Shown piece after piece: positions 1 through 7,815 of a stretch of 13,921 bases of DNA. This DNA comes from Candidatus Omnitrophota bacterium (GTDB taxonomy: Bacteria; Omnitrophota; Gorgyraeia; Gygaellales; Profunditerraquicolaceae), in NCBI GenBank assembly GCA_049517335.1, contig JBEKSD010000024.1:1-13921 (forward strand). The letters run 5' to 3'. The position numbers were made by a program, and so were the translations under genes. Positions within the stretch are counted from its first letter, which is position 1, and each line of letters begins with the position of its first letter. The notes under the pieces are model-generated. The model was not told the DNA's origin. It worked only from the letters and a program-made list of their open reading frames with translations, and ran no database searches.

Positions 1-517
1 AAAGATAGAGGCGGCTATTTTCTTGCCAGCGTTCGCTTTTAATATGGCCAATGCCGTTGTAGTAGGAAATTTACTGGGAAAGAAAAATAGAGAAGATGCC
101 TACTCCGCCGGTTTGGTAACTTCTTTCGTAGGGGTAATCATCGTTGTTGTCATGGCCTTAGCCATCCTGCTTAACGCAAGAACGATAGCAGCGTTTCTTT
201 CCGCTAATGAGGAAGTCATAAAGCAGAGCACTCTGTATATTTATATCAGCATGCTTTCAGAGCCTTTTATGGCCTGGGGGGTAATCCTTTCCGGCGCCCT
301 TCAGGGCGCGGGAGACACAAAAAGCGTTATGTTTATTGTGGGTTTAAGCATGTGGCTGGTGCGCATTCCGCTCTGCTATATACTGGGAATTTATTTCGGA
401 TTCGGCGCAATAGCAGTCTGGTGGTCAATGAACGCTTCAATATTGGTACAGTCGTTTTTTGTCACCAGAAGGTACTTTTCGCAAAAGTGGATTAAGAAAA
501 GTATTGAATTATCTTGA
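1..517 (+). CDS. MATE family efflux transporter, C-terminal part (5'-truncated by the window edge)
   Basis: Frame is open from nt 2 (KIEAAIFLPAFAFNMANAVVVGNLLG...). It carries MATE C-lobe motifs 'VGNLLG', 'LSGALQGAGDTK', 'LVRIPL' and 'GAIAVWW' and several hydrophobic helices. Stop TGA at 515-517. Confidence 0.92.
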   Translation, partial: KIEAAIFLPAFAFNMANAVVVGNLLGKKNREDAYSAGLVTSFVGVIIVVVMALAILLNARTIAAFLSANEEVIKQSTLYIYISMLSEPFMAWGVILSGALQGAGDTKSVMFIVGLSMWLVRIPLCYILGIYFGFGAIAVWWSMNASILVQSFFVTRRYFSQKWIKKSIELS

Positions 518-540
518 CAAGGTTCACCTTTGGAAGGATT

Positions 541-1461
541 ATGTTTAATATGCCAGTAAGGACTATTTTTTTAAGTATTTTATTTGTTCCTGTTTTCTTA
601 GCCGGATGTTTATTTACCGCCGGAGAAGCTGCTGCGGGAGCGGAGAAAGAAATCCGTATTGTTGCTTCATTCTATCCTATGTATATCATGGCTAAGAATG
701 TGGCTAGGGATGTTCCGGGAGTTTCGGTTGAGAACCTCACCTCCGCGTTAACCGGCTGTTTGCATGATTACACGGTTACAACCAGCGATATGAAGAAACT
801 CAGCCTTGCGCAGGTCTTTATCGCCAACGGCGCGGGCATGGAATCTTTTCTGGACAAGATTGCAGCGCAGCATCCGAATTTAAAAATAATACAATTGTCC
901 AAAGGGATACCTTTAATTAAGGACGAAAGAAGCAAAGAAGATAATCCTCACCTATGGGTTAGTATATCTAACGCTATAATTCAAGTAAAAAACCTCGGCA
1001 AGGCCATGGGAGAATTTGACCCTGACCACAAAGAGCTTTACGAAAAGAATACTGTTGACTACACAACAAAGCTTGAAAAATTGCGGCAGAAAATGCGTTC
1101 GGAATTAGCTGCGTATAAAGGCAGATACATCATTACCTTTCATGAGGCTTTTTCTTATTTTGCTCAGGAGTTTGGTTTTCAGGTTACAGGGGTAATAGAG
1201 AGAGAGCCGGGAAGTTCCCCCAGCGCAAAAGAAGTTGCGGAAATGATAGAGCTTATCAGGAAGAAGGGTACAGTGCCGCTGTTTAGCGAACCGCAGTATC
1301 CTAGCGCCGTTGCAGGCGCCATTGCTAGAGAAACAGGAGCTAAAGTATACGTGCTTGATCCCGCGGTAACTGGGCCGGATGATTATGATGCGTATATAAA
1401 TATTATGGAAAAAAACTTAAGTGTTTTGAAGAAAGCCTTTGCAGATAAGGGGGTGGATTAG
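541..1461 (+). CDS. znuA: Metal (Zn/Mn) ABC transporter substrate-binding protein, cluster A-I (ZnuA/AdcA/TroA family), probable lipoprotein
   Basis: Motifs 'IVASFYP', 'CLHDY', 'NGAGME', 'NPHLW', 'FHEAFSYFA', 'EPG..PS' and 'LDP'. Hydrophobic signal with lipobox LAGC. The start is uncertain (TTG 514, ATG 541 or ATG 550), and metal specificity is not determinable from sequence alone. Confidence 0.88.
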   Translation: MFNMPVRTIFLSILFVPVFLAGCLFTAGEAAAGAEKEIRIVASFYPMYIMAKNVARDVPGVSVENLTSALTGCLHDYTVTTSDMKKLSLAQVFIANGAGMESFLDKIAAQHPNLKIIQLSKGIPLIKDERSKEDNPHLWVSISNAIIQVKNLGKAMGEFDPDHKELYEKNTVDYTTKLEKLRQKMRSELAAYKGRYIITFHEAFSYFAQEFGFQVTGVIEREPGSSPSAKEVAEMIELIRKKGTVPLFSEPQYPSAVAGAIARETGAKVYVLDPAVTGPDDYDAYINIMEKNLSVLKKAFADKGVD

Positions 1462-1463
1462 TT

Positions 1464-2249
1464 TTGCGCAATACCTGCGAACATTGCTGCACGAAAATTA
1501 ATGATTTAAAAGTAAAATTAGGCGCAAGCGTTATACTTGATAATGTCAACTTGCATGTTAACTGCGGGGAAGTCTTAGGCGTAGTCGGCCCGAACGGCGC
1601 GGGCAAGACCACGTTATTGCGTACCATACTCGGAGAAATCCCTTATCAGGGCAGAATAGTTTTCCGGATAGAAGGCAGCGCCTCTGAAAAGCCGAAAATA
1701 GGTTATGTCCCGCAAAAGCTGCAATTTGACCTTGGTTCTCCTATGAGTGTTACAGACCTTACGGTTTCAGCAATAAGCAAACATCCTGTCTGGCTAGGAG
1801 TGCGTAAGGATTTACTGGAAAGAGTAAAAAGTGTTTTATCTTTATTTTCAGCAGAGCATCTGCTGAAAAGAAGGATCGGTGAGCTTTCAGGAGGGGAGTT
1901 GCAGCGCGTGCTGCTTGCGATTGCTATGACCCCTGAACCCGAACTGCTGCTTTTAGATGAACCGGCCAGCGGCGTGGACGTCAAAGGGCTGTCTCTTTTT
2001 TATCGGATTGTGGATGATTTGAGGAAAAAACACGATATCGCGGTTATACTCGTAACGCACGATTTAGCCGGCGTATCCTGTTATGCTGACCGGCTTATAC
2101 TTCTTAACCGCAGCGTAATCGCCGAAGGCGCACCAAAAGAAGTGCTGCAGGATGAGAAGTTAATCAAGATTTTCGGTGCAAGCCTCTGGAATATTTCTTC
2201 TCTTCCAGACTTAAAGCATTCAGGGGAAAGTAAGAATGGAAATAATTAA
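1464..2249 (+). CDS. znuC: Metal ABC transporter ATP-binding protein (ZnuC-like)
   Basis: Walker A GPNGAGKT, 'IGYVPQ', signature LSGGE, Walker B LLLLDEP and H-loop VTHD. TTG start preceded by a G-rich SD (1449-1457). Confidence 0.92.
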   Translation: MRNTCEHCCTKINDLKVKLGASVILDNVNLHVNCGEVLGVVGPNGAGKTTLLRTILGEIPYQGRIVFRIEGSASEKPKIGYVPQKLQFDLGSPMSVTDLTVSAISKHPVWLGVRKDLLERVKSVLSLFSAEHLLKRRIGELSGGELQRVLLAIAMTPEPELLLLDEPASGVDVKGLSLFYRIVDDLRKKHDIAVILVTHDLAGVSCYADRLILLNRSVIAEGAPKEVLQDEKLIKIFGASLWNISSLPDLKHSGESKNGNN

Positions 2250-3099
2250 CATCTGGTACAGGCTGCTGGATATGTTCCCCTTTAGCTGGACGCATTACGA
2301 GTTTATGAAAAATGCGCTTCTGGCAGTTTTGCTTATTGCGCCGTGTTTCGCGCTTTTGGGCACAATGGTAGTAAATAACCGCATGGCTTTTTTTACCGAT
2401 GTTTTGGGCCATTCTGCACTTACGGGAATTGCCATAGGTGTGCTTTTAGGGTTTTATGACCCGACACTCCCGATGATTGTCTTAGCAGTAGTTTTAGCTG
2501 TGAGCATAAACCTGTTAAAGAATGCCACCCAGGCTTCCATCGATACTCTTTTAGGGGTCTTTATGGCATTCATGGTTGCTCTGGGTATTGTTATTTTAAG
2601 CCGGCAGGGAGGATTTGTTAAATATACAAGTTATTTAATCGGCGACATCCTTGTAGTCAGCCCGCGACAAATTGCCTCATTTTTTATAATAGCAGCGGTT
2701 GTTTTGGTATATTGGTATGCCGCAGGTAACGCCCTGATGCTTACAAGCGTTAATCCGTCTTTGGCGCGCAGCCGCGCGGTTAATACCTTTTTTATAGAGA
2801 CAAGTTTCGCCATACTTTTGGCACTGGTGGTAATGGTATCAATAAGACTAGTGGGCATCCTAATCATAAATTCCCTTCTTGTCTTGCCGGCAGCCGGCAG
2901 CCGCAACCTTGCGCGAAACATACATTCATATACGGCATGGGCAATAGTGATAAGTATTCTTTCCGGCGTTACAGGATTAATCGCATCGTATTATTGGGGG
3001 ACATCAAGTGGCGCCACAATTGTCCTCTTCGCTTCCGTTTGCTACGGTGTTTCGGCATTATTTGCCAAAAAATACGCACAACAGGGGGAACAAATATAA
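2236..3099 (+). CDS. znuB: Metal ABC transporter permease (ZnuB-like, ABC-3 family)
   Basis: Motifs 'MAFFTDVLGHSALTGIAIG', 'YLIGDIL', 'VGILIINSLLVLPAA' and 'SGATIV'; multiple TM segments. Overlaps znuC by 14 nt. Confidence 0.92.
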   Translation: MEIINIWYRLLDMFPFSWTHYEFMKNALLAVLLIAPCFALLGTMVVNNRMAFFTDVLGHSALTGIAIGVLLGFYDPTLPMIVLAVVLAVSINLLKNATQASIDTLLGVFMAFMVALGIVILSRQGGFVKYTSYLIGDILVVSPRQIASFFIIAAVVLVYWYAAGNALMLTSVNPSLARSRAVNTFFIETSFAILLALVVMVSIRLVGILIINSLLVLPAAGSRNLARNIHSYTAWAIVISILSGVTGLIASYYWGTSSGATIVLFASVCYGVSALFAKKYAQQGEQI

Positions 3100-5123
3100 T
3101 GGAAGATAAATTGGTTTCGGAATTTCTTTCTCTGGTGCAGGTTGATGATTTTGAAGGTACCTATAGTAAAGATATCGCAGCTGGCAGGTATTTCGGGATG
3201 CCCTTGGAGGCGATAATTTCTGCCGAGAGAAGGCTACTTTCGCCAGAGCAAAATGGCATTGCCTATTTCTCCATGGAATACGGCCTTGCCACAAGTTTTT
3301 ATAATAAATTTGTAACCAGCCGCCCTATTGACCCAAGCAACAAACTCCCTGAAAACGAAGTCTTTTCAAACTTCCGGCTCGCCGATTATTTCTTTGACCT
3401 GCACATAGACAATATAATTGACCTGCCCATTTACAGTGGCGGCTTGGGGGTTTTGGCCGGCGACACGATGAAGACTATGGCTGATTATAAGCTTCCTGCT
3501 GCCGGGTTAGGCATGCTTTGGCACTCCGGTTATTTCAGGCAGAAATTCTGGTTTAAATACGGGCAGGCCCCGGAGAAGATGGAGTGGGACCCGCGCACCT
3601 ACCCCGGCCTCATACCGTTAAAAAACAAAGTAAAAATTTCTTTGAAATTTGGAGATATATGGCTTAAATTGTGGAAATATTACGTGTATAGCTATAAGCA
3701 TGATTATGCCGTTCCCCTGATATTGCTTGATACTGACACTGAGCCTAATGACGCTAAGGTAAGGGAGCTTACCGACCAGCTTTACAGGGCGGATGATAAA
3801 TGGTTTAAGATATTACAGAGGGTAATCCTTGGTTTCGGAGGCATTAACGCCTTGAAAGAGCTGGGTTATAATATTGATAAATTCCATCTTAATGAGGGGC
3901 ATGCCGTATTTGCTTTTATTGAAAAAGCGCGCGGACTTTCTGCACAAGCAAAGGATGCATTAAAAGACAGGTTCGTTTATACCTGCCATACTCCGGTAGC
4001 AGCAGGGCACGACAGGTTTTCTATTTATGATCTGGGAAAGGTTTTGAAGGATGAAGATATGGCTGTAATTGAAGAGTCCGGCAGGGAGAATGACGGAATA
4101 ATTAACCTCACCCTGCTGGCCATGAATATCTCTTCCTCAACTAACGCGGTCTCAAAAAACCATCAGAAAGTAATGCATTTGCAATTCCCCGGCTATAAAG
4201 AGCGCATAAAATACGTGACAAACGGGGTTCACCCGTATACCTGGATTTCACGTAGTTTTATGGAATTATTTGAGAAATATGCTTACCTGTTCAAAGACGT
4301 TAAATCTAATCCCATGATTTTGTCTAAGGTCGGTGAATTAAGGGAGAATGTTGATTTCCGCAAAGAACTCTGGAAGGCACATCAGGTTAACAAAGCGAAT
4401 CTTTGCGGCTTCTTAAAAGATTGGAAACTTGACAAGGATATCTTTACGGTATGCTGGGCAAGAAGGATAGCCGCTTATAAAAGGCCGAGCCTTATACTGC
4501 ACGATGTTAAAAGACTCCTTGGTATTGCCAAAAAAACAGGCCCGGTGCAGGTAATACTGGCGGGCAAGGCGCATCCAAATGACAATCTGGGCGGCACTTA
4601 TGTAAATGAAATACTGGATACCATTGACTCACTGTCGGAGTTTTACGATGCCTTAAAAATCATTGCGCTTGAAAATTACGATATCTCTATGGCCAAGGTG
4701 CTTACCTGCGGCGTGGACGTCTGGCTGAATAATCCTCTTCCTCCGTTTGAAGCCTCAGGCACAAGCGGAATGAAAGCAATATTAAACGGAGTCCTTCAGG
4801 TGAGCACTCTTGACGGTTGGGTTGCCGAGGCTGCGGATAGAAATATAGGCAGGATTTTTGGCTACAGGAATAAAGAAGGAGAAGTGGGGAGCGAGTCTGA
4901 ATTACATCTTGATGACGATGCTGATAAACTCTACGGTGTTTTAGAAGAAATAGTAGGATTGTATTACCAGACTAACCAACAGGGCAAGCTTGACCCCGCT
5001 TCCAGCTGGATAGATATGATGATAGATTGTGTCAATACCGGCTCTTACTTTAATACTTACAGGATGTTTGATGAATATAAACACAATATCTGGGCTATAA
5101 ACAAAACCAAGCTGCGAGTTTAA
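3099..5123 (+). CDS. glgP: Alpha-glucan (glycogen/maltodextrin) phosphorylase, GT35, 674 aa
   Basis: Motifs 'YFSMEYGL', 'LPIYSGGLGVLAGD', 'HLNEGH', 'YTCHTP..AGHDRF', 'TNGVH', 'ARR..YKR', 'AGKAHP' and 'DVWLNNP', plus the PLP-lysine motif EASGTSGMK (K at 4773-4775). True start is ATG 3099 (TAATG overlap with the znuB stop, SD AGGGGGA at 3083-3089), not 2937. Confidence 0.95.
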   Translation: MEDKLVSEFLSLVQVDDFEGTYSKDIAAGRYFGMPLEAIISAERRLLSPEQNGIAYFSMEYGLATSFYNKFVTSRPIDPSNKLPENEVFSNFRLADYFFDLHIDNIIDLPIYSGGLGVLAGDTMKTMADYKLPAAGLGMLWHSGYFRQKFWFKYGQAPEKMEWDPRTYPGLIPLKNKVKISLKFGDIWLKLWKYYVYSYKHDYAVPLILLDTDTEPNDAKVRELTDQLYRADDKWFKILQRVILGFGGINALKELGYNIDKFHLNEGHAVFAFIEKARGLSAQAKDALKDRFVYTCHTPVAAGHDRFSIYDLGKVLKDEDMAVIEESGRENDGIINLTLLAMNISSSTNAVSKNHQKVMHLQFPGYKERIKYVTNGVHPYTWISRSFMELFEKYAYLFKDVKSNPMILSKVGELRENVDFRKELWKAHQVNKANLCGFLKDWKLDKDIFTVCWARRIAAYKRPSLILHDVKRLLGIAKKTGPVQVILAGKAHPNDNLGGTYVNEILDTIDSLSEFYDALKIIALENYDISMAKVLTCGVDVWLNNPLPPFEASGTSGMKAILNGVLQVSTLDGWVAEAADRNIGRIFGYRNKEGEVGSESELHLDDDADKLYGVLEEIVGLYYQTNQQGKLDPASSWIDMMIDCVNTGSYFNTYRMFDEYKHNIWAINKTKLRV

Positions 5124-5128
5124 AGCGT

Positions 5129-5374
5129 ATGAGATTAAAATTGAACCTTTATCCGGTTGTCTCGGATATAGAAGAAAAAATTGCAGAAATCCTTCAGGAA
5201 GCAATAGAAAAACACGCCGATATTCTGGAGATTGCTTACGGTGAGGCCTCCGATAGCGTCAAGAAGCGTATCCTTAATTTTTTAAATAAAAAAGAAATCC
5301 GTCGGCTCTACTCTCGTTTAGAAAAAACAGAAAAAGGGTGGGGCAGGGTTTACCTGCATTTCAGATGGGAATGA
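5129..5374 (+). CDS. Stand-alone Smr/MutS2-C-terminal domain protein with degenerate catalytic motifs
   Basis: The 81-aa pattern 'LKLNLY...EA......LEIAYG..S..VKKRILNFL......Y.RLEK..KGWGR.YLHFRW' parallels small Smr proteins (LKLDLH...EIIPGKGSG.LKKRVL.FL...GR.FVHF). Confidence 0.75.
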   Translation: MRLKLNLYPVVSDIEEKIAEILQEAIEKHADILEIAYGEASDSVKKRILNFLNKKEIRRLYSRLEKTEKGWGRVYLHFRWE

Positions 5375-5383
5375 AGACCGCAT

Positions 5384-5935
5384 TTATTCGCTAAAAACTT
5401 CCGCCGTAAAGATATAAATTTCACACTTACCTTTTTTCCAGGTGTCATGGCTCATTCCGGCCTTAGAGCCGCAGAGGCTATTCAGGAATTCTTCCTTATT
5501 CCAGCCGGTTTCAACTGCTACCTGCGGAAGATAAACTCCACTCCTTAAGCCGTCTTTTACCAGCACGCCGTGTTTACCCATTACAATTTCATCTACGCTG
5601 GAAATTTTCTTTAAAGGAGACAAAACTGAAATCTCAATTTTTATATTTTTAAGCTCATCCGACTTAAGAGGGTAAAAACGCGGGTCTTCTGTTGCCGCGG
5701 CTATTGCCATATCGCGGATGGTTTCTGAAAGAGGGAGGGAGCTGGACATATTTCCGATACAGCCTCTTAATTCTCCATCCTTATGCAAAGAGACAAATGC
5801 GCCCATTTCTGCCTTAAGGTCGGGGTCATCTTCGGTGCATTTAAGGACGTTCCCGGTAGTTAGATATTGCGTAATTGCATCGCGGGCAAGTTTCAGGAGT
5901 TTATTTTTCTGCTCTTTGGTTAATAAATTATCCAT
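5384..5935 (-). CDS. amrA: AMMECR1-domain protein (AmmeMemoRadiSam system protein A)
   Basis: Motifs 'LL.LAR.AI', 'GAFVSL', 'LRGCIG', 'DPRF.P', 'EISVLS', 'GVYLPQVA' and 'FL..LC..KAG'. Start placed at ATG 5935 (MDNLL). Confidence 0.93.
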   Translation of the reverse strand: MDNLLTKEQKNKLLKLARDAITQYLTTGNVLKCTEDDPDLKAEMGAFVSLHKDGELRGCIGNMSSSLPLSETIRDMAIAAATEDPRFYPLKSDELKNIKIEISVLSPLKKISSVDEIVMGKHGVLVKDGLRSGVYLPQVAVETGWNKEEFLNSLCGSKAGMSHDTWKKGKCEIYIFTAEVFSE

Positions 5936-5942
5936 CAATAAT

Positions 5943-5951
5943 ATTATAACA
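5943..5951 (-). promoter_or_regulatory. Extended -10 promoter (TGtTATAAT) for amrA
   Basis: The minus strand reads TGT-TATAAT-ATTATTG-ATG, a perfect extended -10 element 7 nt before the start codon. Confidence 0.65.
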
Positions 5952-5970
5952 AATTCTTGCAATTATTCTG

Positions 5971-5990
5971 CTTTTATTTTAGAATAAAAG
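5971..5990. promoter_or_regulatory. Palindromic putative operator in the divergent promoter region
   Basis: CTTTTATT-TTAG-AATAAAAG has perfect 8-bp inverted arms and directly abuts the + strand extended -10. Confidence 0.4.
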
Positions 5991-6014
5991 TGGTATAGTT
6001 ATAGGAAAAAGGAG
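5991..6014 (+). promoter_or_regulatory. Extended -10 promoter (TGgTATAGT) and SD (AAGGAG) for the 6020 gene
   Basis: TGGTATAGT at 5991-5999 and AAGGAG at 6009-6014, 5 nt before ATG 6020. Confidence 0.55.
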
Positions 6015-6019
6015 CTCAT

Positions 6020-6586
6020 ATGAAAATAAAGCTATCGTTGGCCACTCTGATTTTTGCCTTCTTTTCATCTTTTGTTTTTATTCAAAGCGCGGTTTCGGAT
6101 GAAACCCTCACTATCACTACCTATTATCCTTCTCCTTACGGCAGCTACCATGAATTACGTTCCCAAAGGATGGCCATTGGAATCGACTACATTCAGGGCG
6201 CCACTTACTGTTGGCCCGGAGGCACCTGCACAACCACTATTCCTAATACCGCAAGTTTGGTGGTTGAGGGCAACGTCGGCATCGGGACGCCTACACCGGT
6301 GAACACATTAGACGTAGAAAGTAACTTAGCAGTAGGGGCGGATTATTCCGGGAAATTAGCTGCACCTTCGAATGGAGCGATTATAGAAGGCAACGTCGGT
6401 ATCGGGACGTCAAGTCCGGCGGCGGGGAGAGCTTTGGATGTTAATGGAACGATAAACGCTACGGGTTATCAGGCAGATGGAACACCGGGGAAGAGTACAA
6501 CATTTACTGTTGTAAAGACGGCTACTGGTACCCTAACAACGTGTACTATTACCGTAACAAACGGAATAGTTACTACAACTTGTTAG
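6020..6586 (+). CDS. Secreted hypothetical protein with a TITTYYPSPYGSY N-motif and two GNVGIGT repeats (fibre/adhesin-like)
   Basis: Sec-type signal peptide, strong SD and Thr/Gly-rich beta-type composition. 'EGNVGIGT' occurs twice 40 aa apart, each followed by 'LDV'. Two Cys pairs. The function is inferred only. Confidence 0.8.
   Translation: MKIKLSLATLIFAFFSSFVFIQSAVSDETLTITTYYPSPYGSYHELRSQRMAIGIDYIQGATYCWPGGTCTTTIPNTASLVVEGNVGIGTPTPVNTLDVESNLAVGADYSGKLAAPSNGAIIEGNVGIGTSSPAAGRALDVNGTINATGYQADGTPGKSTTFTVVKTATGTLTTCTITVTNGIVTTTC
6266..6409 (+). repeat. Intragenic direct repeat: 24-nt copies at 6266-6289 and 6386-6409
   Basis: GAGGGCAACGTCGGCATCGGGACG vs GAAGGCAACGTCGGTATCGGGACG: 22/24 identical, spaced exactly 120 nt. 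Confidence 0.9.
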
Positions 6587-6616
6587 AGCGCAGGTTTAAA
6601 GGTTTCGGAGTATAAA

Positions 6617-6952
6617 ATGATAAGAAATATTCTGATAATTTTATTAATTTGGGCGATTTGGCTCGGCTATCAATACCAAACCAAGTCGCAAACTGCATCC
6701 ATGCTTGTTCAGCAGAAGATAGAAGAATTTTATTCTGCCGACCCAAAGTTAATTTTGCAGGAAATAGGACAGGGATACGCATATAAAACCGTAGAAGTAG
6801 AGGGTAAGCAGTTTTGGATGAGATGGATGTTTAAGAAAAAAGACGGTAATGTAATAGAAATGGAAGGTCGTGTGGATTTTATTGAATTATTGCCGTTTAG
6901 CGAATTTAGGCTGGGTCATACTTTTAACTCCGTTCTTAAAAATATTAACTAA
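6617..6952 (+). CDS. Hypothetical protein with an N-terminal membrane anchor
   Basis: 111-aa ORF with GGAG SD at 6607-6610 and a hydrophobic stretch ILIILLIWAIWLGY. No family recognised. Confidence 0.7.
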   Translation: MIRNILIILLIWAIWLGYQYQTKSQTASMLVQQKIEEFYSADPKLILQEIGQGYAYKTVEVEGKQFWMRWMFKKKDGNVIEMEGRVDFIELLPFSEFRLGHTFNSVLKNIN

Positions 6953-6973
6953 GTTAAAAAAGGGAGAGGTATT

Positions 6974-7216
6974 ATGAGCGCAAAATGCCCGCAGTGTAAA
7001 GGCGAAGTATCCTTAGCAGGCAAAATTTACAATCAGGTTGATTATGTTAATCCTCCCGCCTATTTCAGGCCTAGTAATATGCCGTTTTATGCAATTTTTA
7101 AGTCAAATGTCCAGTTTCAAAATAATTTTTATGCCTGTTCTTTCTGTGGTTTAATCTGGACTATGGCTGATAATCAGGAATTGCAGCAGTTATGCGCTTC
7201 CACTGGAGCACTTTAA
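6974..7216 (+). CDS. Small zinc-ribbon-like hypothetical protein (CxxC...CxxCG)
   Basis: CPQC near the N-terminus and ACSFCG near the C-terminus. SD-like GGGAGAGG just upstream. Confidence 0.75.
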   Translation: MSAKCPQCKGEVSLAGKIYNQVDYVNPPAYFRPSNMPFYAIFKSNVQFQNNFYACSFCGLIWTMADNQELQQLCASTGAL

Positions 7217-7245
7217 TCACCCGCCAAAGCCGGAACCATTGCTAT

Positions 7246-7319
7246 GCGCCCATAGCTCAACTGGATAGAGCATCAGCCTACGGAGCTGGTTGTTGGAGGT
7301 TCGATTCCTCCTGGGCGCA
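7246..7319 (+). tRNA. tRNA-Arg(ACG), CCA not encoded
   Basis: Acceptor GCGCCCA/TGGGCGC, D-arm GCTC-AACTGGATA-GAGC, anticodon arm TCAGC-CTACGGA-GCTGG (ACG at 7280-7282), T-arm GGAGG-TTCGATT-CCTCC, discriminator A. Confidence 0.97.
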
Positions 7320-7339
7320 TATTTAGTTAACAGGTTAGG

Positions 7340-7807
7340 GTGAAAAAAATAAATAAAGCAGACGAATTTTTTATGCGTGAGGCCTTAAAGGAGGCGCGCA
7401 AGGCCTTTGAAGAAGATGAAGTCCCGGTAGGCGCGGTAGTTATCCATGAAGGAAAAATCATTGCCCGAGGCCACAACCAGATTGAGCGCCTTAAAGACCC
7501 TACCGCTCATGCGGAAATGCTCGTCCTCACCTCCGCGACGAATTACCTCGGGATAAAGTGGTTGAACGGCTCAACTCTTTATGTTACAATGGAACCGTGC
7601 AGTATGTGCGCCGGTGCGTTAGTCCTTTCGCGCATAAGGAGCCTTTTCTATGGCGCAGATGACCCCAAGACCGGAGCCTGTGGTTCAGTAGTTAATATCG
7701 TATACAATAAAAAATTAAACCACCGTATAAAAATTAAAAAGGGGATTTTAAAAAAAGAATGCAGCTCTTTATTAAAAGATTTTTTTAAGAAGAAAAGGAA
7801 GAAATAG
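7340..7807 (+). CDS. tadA: tRNA adenosine(34) deaminase TadA
   Basis: Motifs 'EVPVGAV', 'DPTAHAE', 'TMEPCSMCAGA', 'YGADDPKTGACGS', 'LNH' and the C-terminal 'LKDFF'. GTG start. Confidence 0.96.
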   Translation: MKKINKADEFFMREALKEARKAFEEDEVPVGAVVIHEGKIIARGHNQIERLKDPTAHAEMLVLTSATNYLGIKWLNGSTLYVTMEPCSMCAGALVLSRIRSLFYGADDPKTGACGSVVNIVYNKKLNHRIKIKKGILKKECSSLLKDFFKKKRKK

Positions 7808-7815
7808 GTTTTTCT

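Noticed and set aside
514-545. TTGACA at 514-519 as the -35 of an internal znuA promoter
   Set aside because: The hexamer at 17-nt spacing is GATTAT, lacking the first T, and TATGTT is 20 nt away. Too weak to call.
2937-3098. 54-codon N-terminal extension of glgP in the ORF track
   Set aside because: It lies inside znuB. ATG 3099 has an SD and a TAATG coupling.
3288-3422. Intein or intron as the explanation of the glgP insertion
   Set aside because: It is too short, in frame, and lacks intein splice-junction residues or intron hallmarks.
7217-7241. TCACCCGCCA resembling a tRNA-Ser 3' end before tRNA-Arg, and GAACCATTG shared with the post-tRNA-Ser spacer
   Set aside because: The matches are only 9-10 nt with no T-arm, so they are compatible with chance.
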